A stretch of 64,000 nucleotides of DNA from Trichoplax sp. H2 (taxonomy: Eukaryota). Below are positions 29,301 to 40,646 of this stretch, piece by piece (position 1 is the first letter of the stretch; each line of letters opens with the position of its first letter). The notes under the pieces were generated by a model. It saw only the letters and a program-made list of their open reading frames with translations. It had not been told where the DNA came from and did not search any database. The DNA lies in contig NOWV01000127.1 of the NCBI GenBank assembly GCA_003344405.1, positions 62,001 to 126,000 on the forward strand, read 5' to 3'. Both the position numbers and the translations under genes were made by a program.

Positions 29301-31205
29301 TTGCCTACCTCGATAAATTATCAGGAAAAATGCTTCTAATTGTATGATAATACATTATATTACCTATCTATTAAAGTCGCAATTTAATATTATGCTTAGA
29401 TTTTTTATTGCTAGTTTAATCGCCAGAAGGAATACTTTTGGTGCGGTGATAGTACTGTATTTTATAGTATCTATCCATCGAGCCGCAATGCATGACCATC
29501 GATAATCTATAATTAATTACTCTTTGACCTATTCCGAGAACTCCTGTTCTAGTAATGGTACTTTTAAATATTTAATGTATTTCTTCTACGTGGTGAGAAT
29601 GATCGTGTATTATCCTAATAGATGAATAGCAAAATGATATTCCATGCAGTCCACGATCAAACCATGCTATCGTCATGAAATCAATTTTCATTCCTTTGAA
29701 CGAGTTATAAACCTCATACGCATGAATGAATAATTTTAAGGCTTAGATAATTACTAGCAAGAAATGTTTTCAACTATGAAATTTAAAAGTGATAAAATGA
29801 TGTCAGTTTATCACTGGCTACAGTAATAATAAAATATTATCCGCATGCTAACCCTGCAATTTGAAACGTTAGAATTCTGATCTAAGCTATAACGACTGTT
29901 ATATACCATGCAAGACTATGAAAGACATTTTGCTGATCGATTATATTATAATTAAACCATAGCGTAGCAATGCAATAGAATAGCTATTGGCTACTTGTCA
30001 AGATAATATTACGAAACAATTCTTGAAGGGTCATGATAATATAGCGTTCATATACTCGTGCTATCCGATATTGCTAGAGACACAATCTTATTTAAGAGGA
30101 TGAAAGGTTATCCCATTCCGAATTAGTAAGATAATCTAAAATACTTCTTGGTCTGAAACTAGAATTTCTATCCTAGTTATAAAAGACAGTTTCAACGGCA
30201 TTTTTAGATAGTATAGTCAGTTATGCATAATACTAATTAAAATGGCAGTTGCATTCCTAATGATGCAGGTAATTTGAAACGTTTCATCTCCTATTCTTGG
30301 AATTTCTATCCAAGTAATAACGATATGAAATACTTTCTTTATTACATACCTAATTTTGTCCATGATGCGCAACAGTAATGAGCTCGAAACAAGGACAGAT
30401 TACCTAAAAGTTCATAATCAACCTATTATGCCACTATTCAATCATCTTCCACTGAATTTAACATCATTTAATAATGATTAGTCTTTGCTTGATTAGTGCA
30501 CGTAAATAAGAGTAATAATAGCCTAAAATAAAACTTGTTCAATCTTTATTAACGCTAGTCTGCTCTTATCGATGGTGTGTGGGCAATGCAAATGCTCCAT
30601 AAACTCTTTCTGGATTCCAATCATAGCTATCCAGTTTTAAATGGATACTCCCTCATGCGGTATTATATATCGCGTTAATAGATAGTAAACAGGAGTCATA
30701 TTGGCACTAGCCCTTCATAGAGCTAAGTATTTGTGACCGAATTGATTTTCACTTTACTTGACAGTAGAATAAGGCATTTAAAGCCCAACGTATGCCTGTG
30801 ATAGAATGCTTTTCAGTTTACCGTAAATTCGATATCTACCTGTAGGCTAAAGTAAGCATCCCGTCGTTCACCAATCTTGAATGGCAATAGTCAATAGCCA
30901 AATAAAACCAACTTAGTTCGCTAGTAGCCTATTACTAAAGCTATGATACGGCAATTGGAAGCCAATTTATACAGTATGACGATGGTCATGATATTTATTA
31001 CGTAGAAATGAATTTCCCGCCAATGCCAATAGCGTCTCTATTAAGTAAACGAATTATCAATCATTCACTATAAACCAGTAAAACCCTTCCCTATACTTAA
31101 TCAGCTATTTCTTTGCGTAGCATTAGCTCAGAAAGTACAGGAAATAAGAAAATTTTCTCAATTTGGTTTACTGTGATGGACAATAAATTCATATAGGAAG
31201 TCATT

Positions 31206-31271
31206 TATTAAACGTATGGTATTCCAATGCTGTAAATATAATAGACCGTATTGGAATACCGTACGTTAATA
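31206..31271 (+). other. Isolated inverted repeat / ~66-nt hairpin
   Basis: Arms are aacgtatggtattccaatgc (31211-31230) and gtattggaataccgtacgtt (31248-31267), with a 17-nt loop. The two non-Watson-Crick positions are G-U pairs on the + strand. Confidence 0.85.
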
Positions 31272-32161
31272 TAGCGTAATAGCAAACTGGATATCAATAG
31301 TCATCGCTCTTACAATTTTCTACTAATTGACGTATCATATAATACTGTAGTAGGCAAGAATCACAACACACCTACAGTACCTCCAAGCTACACGAAATTT
31401 TCCAAAAGGATAATCCGCATGACTATAGCAAATTTTATTACAGTACGGTAACTTTTTACTATACAATGTAGTAAAAGCCTTAGACCAAACTGAAGAGCAG
31501 ATCAAACTTTTTATTTAAATACAAATTTATGCGCACAAGGGCACAATAAAACATGCTGTAAAACTTTCTACGTTTACTAAGTTTAATATAGTAAATTTTG
31601 ACGCTAACGTTGCCGATATCAAATAACCAATAATTAAACTTATGCAACCGTTTCTACTAATTCTATTTTGCCTACTGTATTGATGAAATAATGTACCCGA
31701 ATAGCGAGATAGACTCTAAATTTACTTGGATAAAATCATGATATCATAGATTGAATAACTATAGGCATAAAATGTTGGAAAGAAACTATGTTAGCAGTGA
31801 TATGGCAATTTCATAAACAACTGTATATAAATAGAGTTTGAAAAAAATTTGAAAACTGCTGCAGCTAAATTACAGTTGAAGTTAATTTATGAACAAGATA
31901 TTTAAAGCTCATTTTTTTGTACAAGCGATATTTAGACAACTGGTACAAGTACTATTAATAAAGTAATCATCTATTAAACTTTTCAGATAAGGGTAAAACA
32001 TTACTAGCCCCTTTACCTACATTACTGTTTACATTACAAGCGAGTACGTGTATAATGTACGAGTATGTCAGTAAAACAGAATGTTAACGATCTATATTTT
32101 ACAAGATTGACTCGTACGTAAACCATGTCTTTGCACGAGTATAGAGCCAGAAATGCTACCA

Positions 32162-35100
32162 TTACGTTTTTCTACGTTTACTGGCTCTACTTGGAGGAGT
32201 GGCAATTGCTGCTTTAGCAGTCGATCGACTACGTTTCTTACCAGCAACTACGGGCAACATGTCTTTTGGCCATAATATATTATTGTCCGTATCCAATGCT
32301 TGCCGCAATACACCACTTAAGAGTAACTCAGCACTGTGTACAGTCATACAATTTTTAACAGCATCGAAGCAAACGTCTTCGTCTTCATCACAGCTTATAA
32401 TTAACACATTATTGTTAGGATTAGTTGGCATTTTACTTAAGTAGTGACCACCAGCACATTCTACAATCATTTTCATTTGTTCCGGCGGTGGGCGTACATT
32501 CGGTGTCACATACACTTCATAATTTTCAAGTAATGGTTTTTCTTTCGCATTATCATGAGCTTGCCTGATTAGAAAGTTATTCTGCCTTTCTGCAACACGA
32601 TCTTTGATGAAATAAGCAGCTGATGGTACAAATGTTTTGGCAGATTTACAGGCATCAAGCCACTTCGTATTGACGATAGGAATGCCTCTCGATAGGCCAC
32701 ATAAAAATTTAACGGTCCTTCGAATTTTGTCTGTCACTAAATGTGTACATTCCTGGATATTATCAACTACTTGACCTCCTAAAGATTTAATTGTCTATAA
32801 AATAAAACAATACAAATTAGTTCTTATACATGTGTAAGCTATATAAATTGAAAGTTATAGTCCACGCAGCCTGACGCAGGGCAAGAAACTAAAACTTACT
32901 TTTTCACCATCTTCATCAATGAAACCTGTAAACATAACTTTAACCGTCGGATTTTTGCATTCTGATTCAACACTAGATGCATAAATGGTAGACGAGCTAT
33001 CTTTACCAGAAGATTCAAACGGCTGTTTTCTAGATCTTCCTCTTGTGCTACTGACACTTTGAGATTTATCTTTGATATTAGAAGGTGCTGATTTTTGCCT
33101 TTTATTTCCATTTCTCCTACTTGGACTTTTTACTTCCAAAGTATCCACAGTGTCGCTACTTTTCTCGGTAGTGCAACTTTCTAGTGCAATATTTGGCGAT
33201 TCTTCGTCTACGGTTGCATAATTTAAATTGTCGTCGGTTTCAGATGGGGATAACTCAGTAGTCTCTTTTTGGTCATGTGATATTTTTCTTTTGATGCCAG
33301 ATTTTGTAGATTCTTCTTGCTGCCGAATTGAATCAACTATCGACAATTTCTCTTCACTATCCTTAGCAGATACATCTTTATTATCAGAAAGCTTACTTGC
33401 GATCTTGCCATCTTTATTTTGATCCTCTTGAGCTACTGGAGCTGTGGAGAATAACGGACTGGAAAAGCCTTGATTATCGTCTATATCAGTAGCATCAGAG
33501 TCGTCATTTGCATCTGCAACCTCTTCAGTAATTTGCTGTTTAACAGGTCGTAAATCCAAGGTCGATGGCAATTTCTCTACAGAGGGTACACTATCGAATA
33601 AACTCTTATCAGATTGGATACTAGTTTTTACTTCATCATCTGAACTGTATGCAACAGTGGTTGCCATTGGTAGATCGACATGTTTGTCTTTTTCTTTCTG
33701 ACAAACGATCGATTCATTAAACTCATCTTCTGATTCCGTATCTGCTTCATATGGATCTTGTGCTCTAGCTTTATTATCAGACGAAGCACTAGCAGCTGTG
33801 TTTGAATTAGCATTTCCTAGGAAAAGATTAGTGCAAGAAAAAAGAAATCAGAATCAGTTAGAACCAACCTTTTGTCAATTTAATGATAGCGTTGTGTTTT
33901 AAAACTAACCATCATCTACATAGGAAATAGTTTGATCTTGGTCCTTATCATCTAAATTTAATTTGTATGCTATAGTTGCTTCATCATTGTTGGCAATCGT
34001 TTTTTCACTTTTATCGTCTTTATCAGCATCAGTAGAGATGTCATATGCTAGCGTTTCTTCGTAAAAACTGCTCTCTTTTCCCTTGCTAGCTATTTCATTA
34101 TTATCAACCTCTATTTCATAGCAAAGCGTTTCTTGATAATCACTCGCTCGTTTTGTATCTTTATGGCTAATTTCATCATCAGTTGGTGTAGACTGCTTAG
34201 CATCATCATCAATGTTATATGGAATCGTTTCTTGATTGTAGCTATCCTGCACTTTAGAAGTACTACTATTTTGAATATTCTCGGCATTCACGATTTTGGA
34301 GTAATCATTCTTTTCTTCCGCATCATCATTACTTGTATCATCACATGGCAATGTTGCCTCATTTGAAATAGTTGCGCTATGATTTATATCTTTTCTGAAC
34401 TGCGAGCTCTTACTTTCATCCGTATAAACTAGAGTCTGTTGATCGTCAGTATCCTTGTCTGCAACAGATGACCGACGTTGTTTGTTGTTAGGCTGGCTTT
34501 CTTGGCTACTTCCACTGCCAGAAGTTTCAGCTGAGTAAGCTTCAACTGCTTCCAAATTAAACGTGACCGTTTTCTTGGAATTTATTTCTTGCTGAATTTT
34601 ACTGTCATCGTGCTTTCGTGGTATAGCTGGTGATACTGTTTCAACTTTTTTTAATAACAGTTCATTACTGCTGTTAGAATCAGGTAAGTCATCTCCGTTG
34701 GAATCTACAAAATATACAATCGATTCGAGTCCGGTGATTAATATAAAAGGCGTCTACGTTAACAAATTTGCATTAATCTGCAAAGGTAAAAAGCATAGCA
34801 CACTGTTTAATGCTAGGATTTATTTACTTCACAGTGACATGTAAACAAGACATAATTCTATATTCACGATACACTTTATAGAAATGTGCAATCACAATTA
34901 GCAAGTTTGATTTTATTGTACTCATAGTCCTGTCATAATCAATTTATTAAGACCTGATTGTTTCTCACGATCGGGCTTTTCTTTTACATCATCGTCCATG
35001 TTTTCTGCCTACAAGGAGCACAAAATGCAAAAACGTACGTACGAGAGTAATCACTGATTTTATCCTACATGTAAAGATTTTTGCAATGTACTATTAACAA

Positions 35101-36972
35101 GAGCAATAATAAATTAATTACCAACGTGTGTCAAAATGATAGGTATGAGTATCTCTTACTTGTAAGTTAAGCATTAATTCTGATTCTGATGGAGTATCAC
35201 TGCCATCGTCTTCTTCGTTATCATCTTGCTCTATCGTACGAATGTAACAAAGTCTAAGTGATGTCAACGTGTTTTTAAATGGCCTCAAAGAGTAATGTAT
35301 TTGAAAGAAGATTCTTCTAATCACATCTTATTTACTAACTAACATGAAATAACAGCGAGTTCAACATGACATCATACCTAAATTTTTCAAGTACTGACAG
35401 CGAACATCGCCAAAAATGAGCATATCGCAGTGGTTTAACTCGTAACGAACATGCGGCTGAAGTTGTAGCTTTCCACGACGTGATTTGTTCTTGCTATCGC
35501 AATCATACAATAGGTGCATGTCGCCAGCAATTTCGATGCATGCATGGCGTTTGGAGAGTGGTTTTACCGGAACATGCACGGTACTTTTTTTGTCGCGTCC
35601 AATATAATTTTTACCTCGGCGAATAGGAAAGATTGCTTCTTGAAATTCCTCACGCCACCGAAAGACTTTCAAGTATCCAACCTGTAAAGCATATGATGAC
35701 ATGGTTAACAGTGACTACCCTACTGCATATGCATAAGTTATAAATCAGCAAGCAAGTTGTAGCCAGAAAGCCATCATGCGCATGGTAAGATTCAGATTAA
35801 TTATTACCCTCGTTTGATTGCACTGCACAGCCTACTCTGTATCGAACTAGATTACATTACGTCCATCTACAGTCGATGCTAAAGTCACTATTCTTGCAAC
35901 TTTATACAGTAAATAACTCAGGACCAGGCCTGCTCTTGGTGCAGATTCGAGCTACTAAAAAGGTGCAATGGTGATAAATTGCGCAGGGCCACTTCAGGCC
36001 GCCATTAGCATCGTGAGCCATGAGAAATGGAGGATAAGAATCGTGGCCAAGAGTAATTCGGTTTTGTGCAGCTGTTAGCGTTGTCCAACCATGAGAAATG
36101 GATATTTTGAATCATGGCCAAAGTAGTTGGATACATTATCATTATAAAGTCATCATTTTTTGATCACTTAATTAAATGATTCATAATTATAAGCACTGCT
36201 AAATTAAGGCTATAGGCGCAGATTCGAGCTACTAAAAAGGTGAAATTGTGACGAGATGCTGCAGATCCGGTACAGCTATACTGTATACTGTATACATCTC
36301 CAGAGGTCATTTTTGGCAGTTCATCAATGATTCATCCTAAGGCTCTACAGTAGGCTACTAAAATGGTGAAATAGTGATGAAATACTTGTCGGTAAAGTCC
36401 TGCAAATTTACGCCAAGGGATAATAACAATCATGGTCCAGAGAAGTTTGCTACATTCTCAACTAGATCATTAACGTGCAGAGATCAAGTCCAATAGACAC
36501 AGTAAGAATATATTAAAGTCTAAGTCATGATTTATTTTCCACCTGGGTGCAGATTAGAGCTACTAACTGTATTGGGTGAAATGGTGATGAAGTACTGGCA
36601 AAGAGTATGATAGGTAGTGTCCAGATATTTATGCGATCTGCCAAGCTAGCATGTCAAGTCTAACGAGTATTTCTTGATGATTTTCTCATCCATGATATCG
36701 TGGTTGTGGTTTTCGATCGGTAGATGTATTGATTCTACTGACTATATATTCTACGAGCGTGATCTTAAGCTCCATTACGTCATAATACGATGAACAATAA
36801 CGGTGAAAAAGCCATGATGATTTTTCAAGAATGCAATTAAAACCTTGCAGCCCGTTCATGCGTAGGCATACCTAAAGATACTTACCGGAGTGGATGCATC
36901 CTGTGCACTCTTGACGACATCTTCTTCTTGTTGAAAGACGTCCAAGTCCAGTGGTATCGTAAAATCATCCAT
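32162..36972 (-). CDS. MDC1: Mediator of DNA damage checkpoint 1 (FHA - acidic linker - tandem BRCT)
   Basis: Exon 1 (36886-36972) encodes MDDFTIPLDLDVFQQEEDVV..STP. The FHA exon 35378-35681 encodes VGYLKVF..GKNYIGRD..LSKRHACIE..LIFGDVRCQY. Acidic exons follow (ORFs 33905..34555, 32855..33667), then tandem BRCT (KVMFTG..HLVTDKIRRTVKFLCGLSRGIPIVNTKWL..AELLLSGVLRQ). Stop at 32162. Confidence 0.93.
35937..36595. repeat. Dispersed short repeats in MDC1 intron 1
   Basis: 'gg.gcagatt.gagctactaa....ggtg.aa..gtga' occurs at ~35938, 36216, (36353) and 36546. Confidence 0.75.
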
Positions 36973-37378
36973 TGCTTTAATTGGCTTGCAACGATAACGT
37001 GTTACAATGGCAACGTGATCGCCTTTTCGAGGCTTAACAGAAAACTGGATGTAGACTGCACAAGTTGATCAAGGCGGTAGCCAATGGATGCCCTGGCAAT
37101 GATCCAATTTGCTTTGACTGCTATTATTCTCAAACAGAGGATGCAAATACTCGCTTGCACAATTGGATCAGTAGAATAACGTTAATGAAACTCTGGCACT
37201 TTCATCAATGACCAATCACAACTGATAGAAGGAAAGAAATTTCTTCTTGTTAGACCATCCTAGTTCTACAAGGCTGAAAAAGGTCGTGGAGAAGAGGAAT
37301 TTGGATCATCCTTCTCTTGCTTGGCACTCTATCAGGCTGAGCAAGGAGTTGCGCCAAAAGCAAACATGTACGAGCAGG

Positions 37379-38825
37379 TACGCTACAGTACTGTACACTG
37401 TACTGTGCAGAATAAGCTGTCATCCCTAGGGTGATTTCTGTCGTACTGATCGTGTGATACGCGTTGAAAATCGATGACACATTATTGACCAGCTGGAGTA
37501 CGTACGGTACAGTACTGTACACTGTACTGTGCAGAATAAGCTGTCATCCCTAGGGTGATTTCTGTCTTATTGATCGTGTGATACACGTTGAAAACCGATG
37601 ACACGTTATTGACCAGCTGGAGTACGTACGGTACAGTACTGTACACTGTACTGTGCAGAATAAGCTGTCATCCCTAGGGTGATTTCTGTCGTACTGATCG
37701 TGTGATACGCGTTGAAAACCGATGACACGTTATTGACCAGCTGGAGTACGTACGGTACAGTACTGTACACTGTACTGTGCAGAATAAGCTGTCATCCCTA
37801 GTGTGATTTCTGTCCTACTGATCGTGTGATACGCTTTGAAAACCGATGACACGTTATTGACCAGCTCGAGTACAGTGTAAAAGGAGATTGTACTGTAAAA
37901 ATGTAGAGTACGTTGGATTGATAAAAAGCAGAATACCGTCTTGACACCTACAGTACAGTATACAGTAACATAGATCCTGGAGTCGTACTGTACTGTACAC
38001 AGCACAGTATGCTGTGGAAATCATACAGTACTGTACACTGTACAGCATAGTACTCTACTAATCTGTACTGTAGCCCGAATTTCGACTACGGTGACAATAG
38101 TTTTGCTTAAGCTGTTGCTCAATATTCACGGGCGTACATGATATTCTATTGTCTAGTGTCTACTCAACGACTCATAAACTGGTAGATTAAGTACTATAGC
38201 GTACAGTACATTGTCTTTGTTGATGGCCCGATGAATGCGAGTCATGGCTGAAATCCACTGCGGATGGCTTTCAAAATCATATCGTGCCTACAGTACGGAA
38301 TCATGATCGCATTCTGTGAAACTGTGTGTAAAATAAATGTCGTAAAAAGCTGATATACTATACTGTAATTTACGACATATGTTTTCCACGAGCCTATACC
38401 GTACTATACTGTACAGTGTACAGTACTGTGATTTTGTGCATCGGTTTGCACTCTGGAGTCTCCATACTAGACAGACTGATAGATGGACCCTAAAATCGTT
38501 AGCTTACAGTAGACCTACTGAAACAACTGNNNNNNNNNNNNNNNNNNNNGATGACACATTATTGACCAGCTGGAGTACGTACGGTACAGTACTGTACACT
38601 GTACTGTGCAGAATAAGCTGTCATCCCTAGGGTAATTTCTGTCTTACTGATCGTGTGATACGCGTTGAAAACCGATGACACGTTATTGACCAGCTGGAGG
38701 ACGTACGGTACAGTACTGTACACTGTACTGTGCAGAATAAGCTGTCATCCCTAGAGTAATTTCTATCTTACTGATCGTGTGATACGCGTTGAAAACCGAT
38801 GACACGTTATTGACCAGCTCGAGTA
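37379..38825. repeat. Near-identical 124-bp tandem repeat (4 copies 37379-37870; 2+ copies 38550-38825), each carrying a TACAGTACTGTACACTGTACTGT block
   Basis: 'gcagaataag' occurs at 37407, 37531, 37655 and 37779 (period exactly 124) and at 38608 and 38732. Confidence 0.95.
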
Positions 38826-40130
38826 CAGTGTAAAAGCAGATTGTACTGTAAAAATGTAGAGTACTGTACAGTACGTTGGATTGATAAAAAGCAGAATACC
38901 GTCTTGACACCTACTGTACAGTATACAGTAATATAGATCCTGGAGTCGTACACAGCACAGTATGCTGTGGAAATCATACAGTACTGTACACTGTACTGTA
39001 CACTGTGCAGTAATATACAGTGTACAGTGTACAGTACAGCATAGTACTCTACTAATCTGTACTGTAGCCCGAATTTCGACTACGGTGACAATAGTTTTGC
39101 TTAAGCTGTTGCTCAATATTCACGGGCGTACATGATATTCTATTGTCTAGTGTCTACTCAACGACTCATAAACTGGTAGATTAAGTACTATAGCGTACAG
39201 TACATTGTCTTTGTTGATGGCCCGATGAATGCGAGTCATGGCTGAAATCCACTGCGGATGGCTTTCAAAATCATATCGTGCCTACAGTACGGAATCATGA
39301 TCGCATTCTGTGAAACTGTGTGTAAAATAAATGTCGTAGAAAGCTGATATACTATACTGTAATTTACGACATATGTTTTCCACGAGCTTATACCGTACTA
39401 TACTGTACTGTACAGTGTACAGTACTGTGATTTGGTGCATCGGTTTGCACTCTGGAGTCTCCATACTAGACAGACTGATAGATGGACCCTAAAATCGTTA
39501 GCCTACAGTAGACCTACTGAAACAACTGTACAGCTACCTAGTAATGATAGCAATGACAGCTAAGGCTTTCAAAATCATGTCGTGCCTATAGTAAGGGAAT
39601 CATGATCGCATTGTGTAAAACTGTGTGTAAAATTAATGTCGTAGAAAGCTGGTACACTATAGTGTAATTGACACCTTAATTTACGACATCTGTTTTCCAC
39701 GGGCCTATACCGTACTATACTGTACAGTGTACAGTACTGTGATTTTGTGCATCGGTTTGCACTCTGGAGTCTCCATACTAGACAGACTGATAGATGGACC
39801 CTAAAATCGTTAGCTTACAGTAGACCTACTGAAACAACTGCACAGCTACCTAGTAATGATAGCAATGGCAGCTAAGGCTTTCAAAACCATGTCTTGCCTA
39901 TAGTAAGGGAATCATGATCGCATTGTGTAAAACTGTGTGTAAAATTAATGTCGTAGAAAGCTGATACATTATAGTGTAATTGACACCTTAATTTGCGACA
40001 TCTGTTTTCCACGGATCGATACGGTACTGTACTATACTGCGATTTCGTGACTGTGTCACGTCTTGCTAGTGGACAGACTGACATATGGACCCCACAATCG
40101 TTAGACTATAGTAAACCTAGTGAAACAACG
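38265..40130. repeat. ~305-312 bp repeat (copies at ~38265, 39260, 39565, 39877), part of a larger ~1 kb duplication 37860-38529 / 38814-39528
   Basis: 'gctttcaaaa.cat.tc.tgccta.agta.ggaatcatgatcgcatt.tgt.aaactgtgtgtaaaat' occurs four times. 'ccagctcgagtacagtgtaaaa' occurs at 37861 and 38814. Confidence 0.92.
38530..38549. other. Assembly gap (20 N)
   Basis: Run of N between two copies of the duplicated repeat block. Confidence 1.
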
Positions 40131-40646
40131 GCATACTGGAAGTAGGCGCGTCTCCATACTGGACATACTGACGAACGGACAGGAGGAAGATTGGCTTAAA
40201 GTAGACCTACTGAAACATTAGTGCAGCTCGCTAGCAACGGTATACCGAAAAGACAAGCTCAAGACCAAGTGGACGCAAGCCAATCCATGCAGCCAATTCA
40301 AATTGACAGTTATTCTTCTCGCCAAGCTGAGGATAAAAACACTTTCTCGATCTTGGCCTTGATTGCAATGATGGAAAATCATCCAATCAACTAATGTACA
40401 GTTGTTTTCCATCATGCCCTTAGCGGAGAGACGATTGAACGATCTTGTAGGTGGTAGAAAAGCCAAGAAATTGGTCTCCGTTAATTGAATTATTGATCGA
40501 TCGAAAACAATTTAGTGGCATCGTCCTCAACATCGTTGCTGACAAGTACAACGCCAAAGCAATTTGAAATTATTGATTTCATCGACATTCGTTTCCATTT
40601 CTTCTATAATCGATACACAGATAGTTTCCAATGTAACATAATTATC

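Larger units (their letters stand above)
36973..40646. promoter_or_regulatory. Divergent (head-to-head) MDC1/SLAIN promoter interval
   Basis: Lies between the ATG of MDC1 (-, 36972) and the ATG of SLAIN (+, 40647). Inferred from gene orientation only. Confidence 0.6.

Noticed and set aside
12300-31200. Hidden homeobox (Gsx/Trox-2) or transposase gene in the desert
   Set aside because: No homeodomain helix-3 (WFQNRR-like) or DDE-type ORF was seen in the ORF track or by eye. Very small exons could have been missed.
33660-33720. Possible frameshift in MDC1 upstream of ORF 32855..33667
   Set aside because: Re-reading gives a continuous frame (CQKEKDKHVDLPMATT); the ORF track merely starts at an internal Met.
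37379-38825. CRISPR-like array
   Set aside because: The units are whole 124-bp tandem duplicates with no unique spacers, the context is eukaryotic and no cas genes are present.
37247-40084. Short ORFs rich in YSTVQYCTV-like peptides (also 51685-53034)
   Set aside because: They are translations of TACAG/TACTG repeat stacks in several frames, with no splice or homology support.
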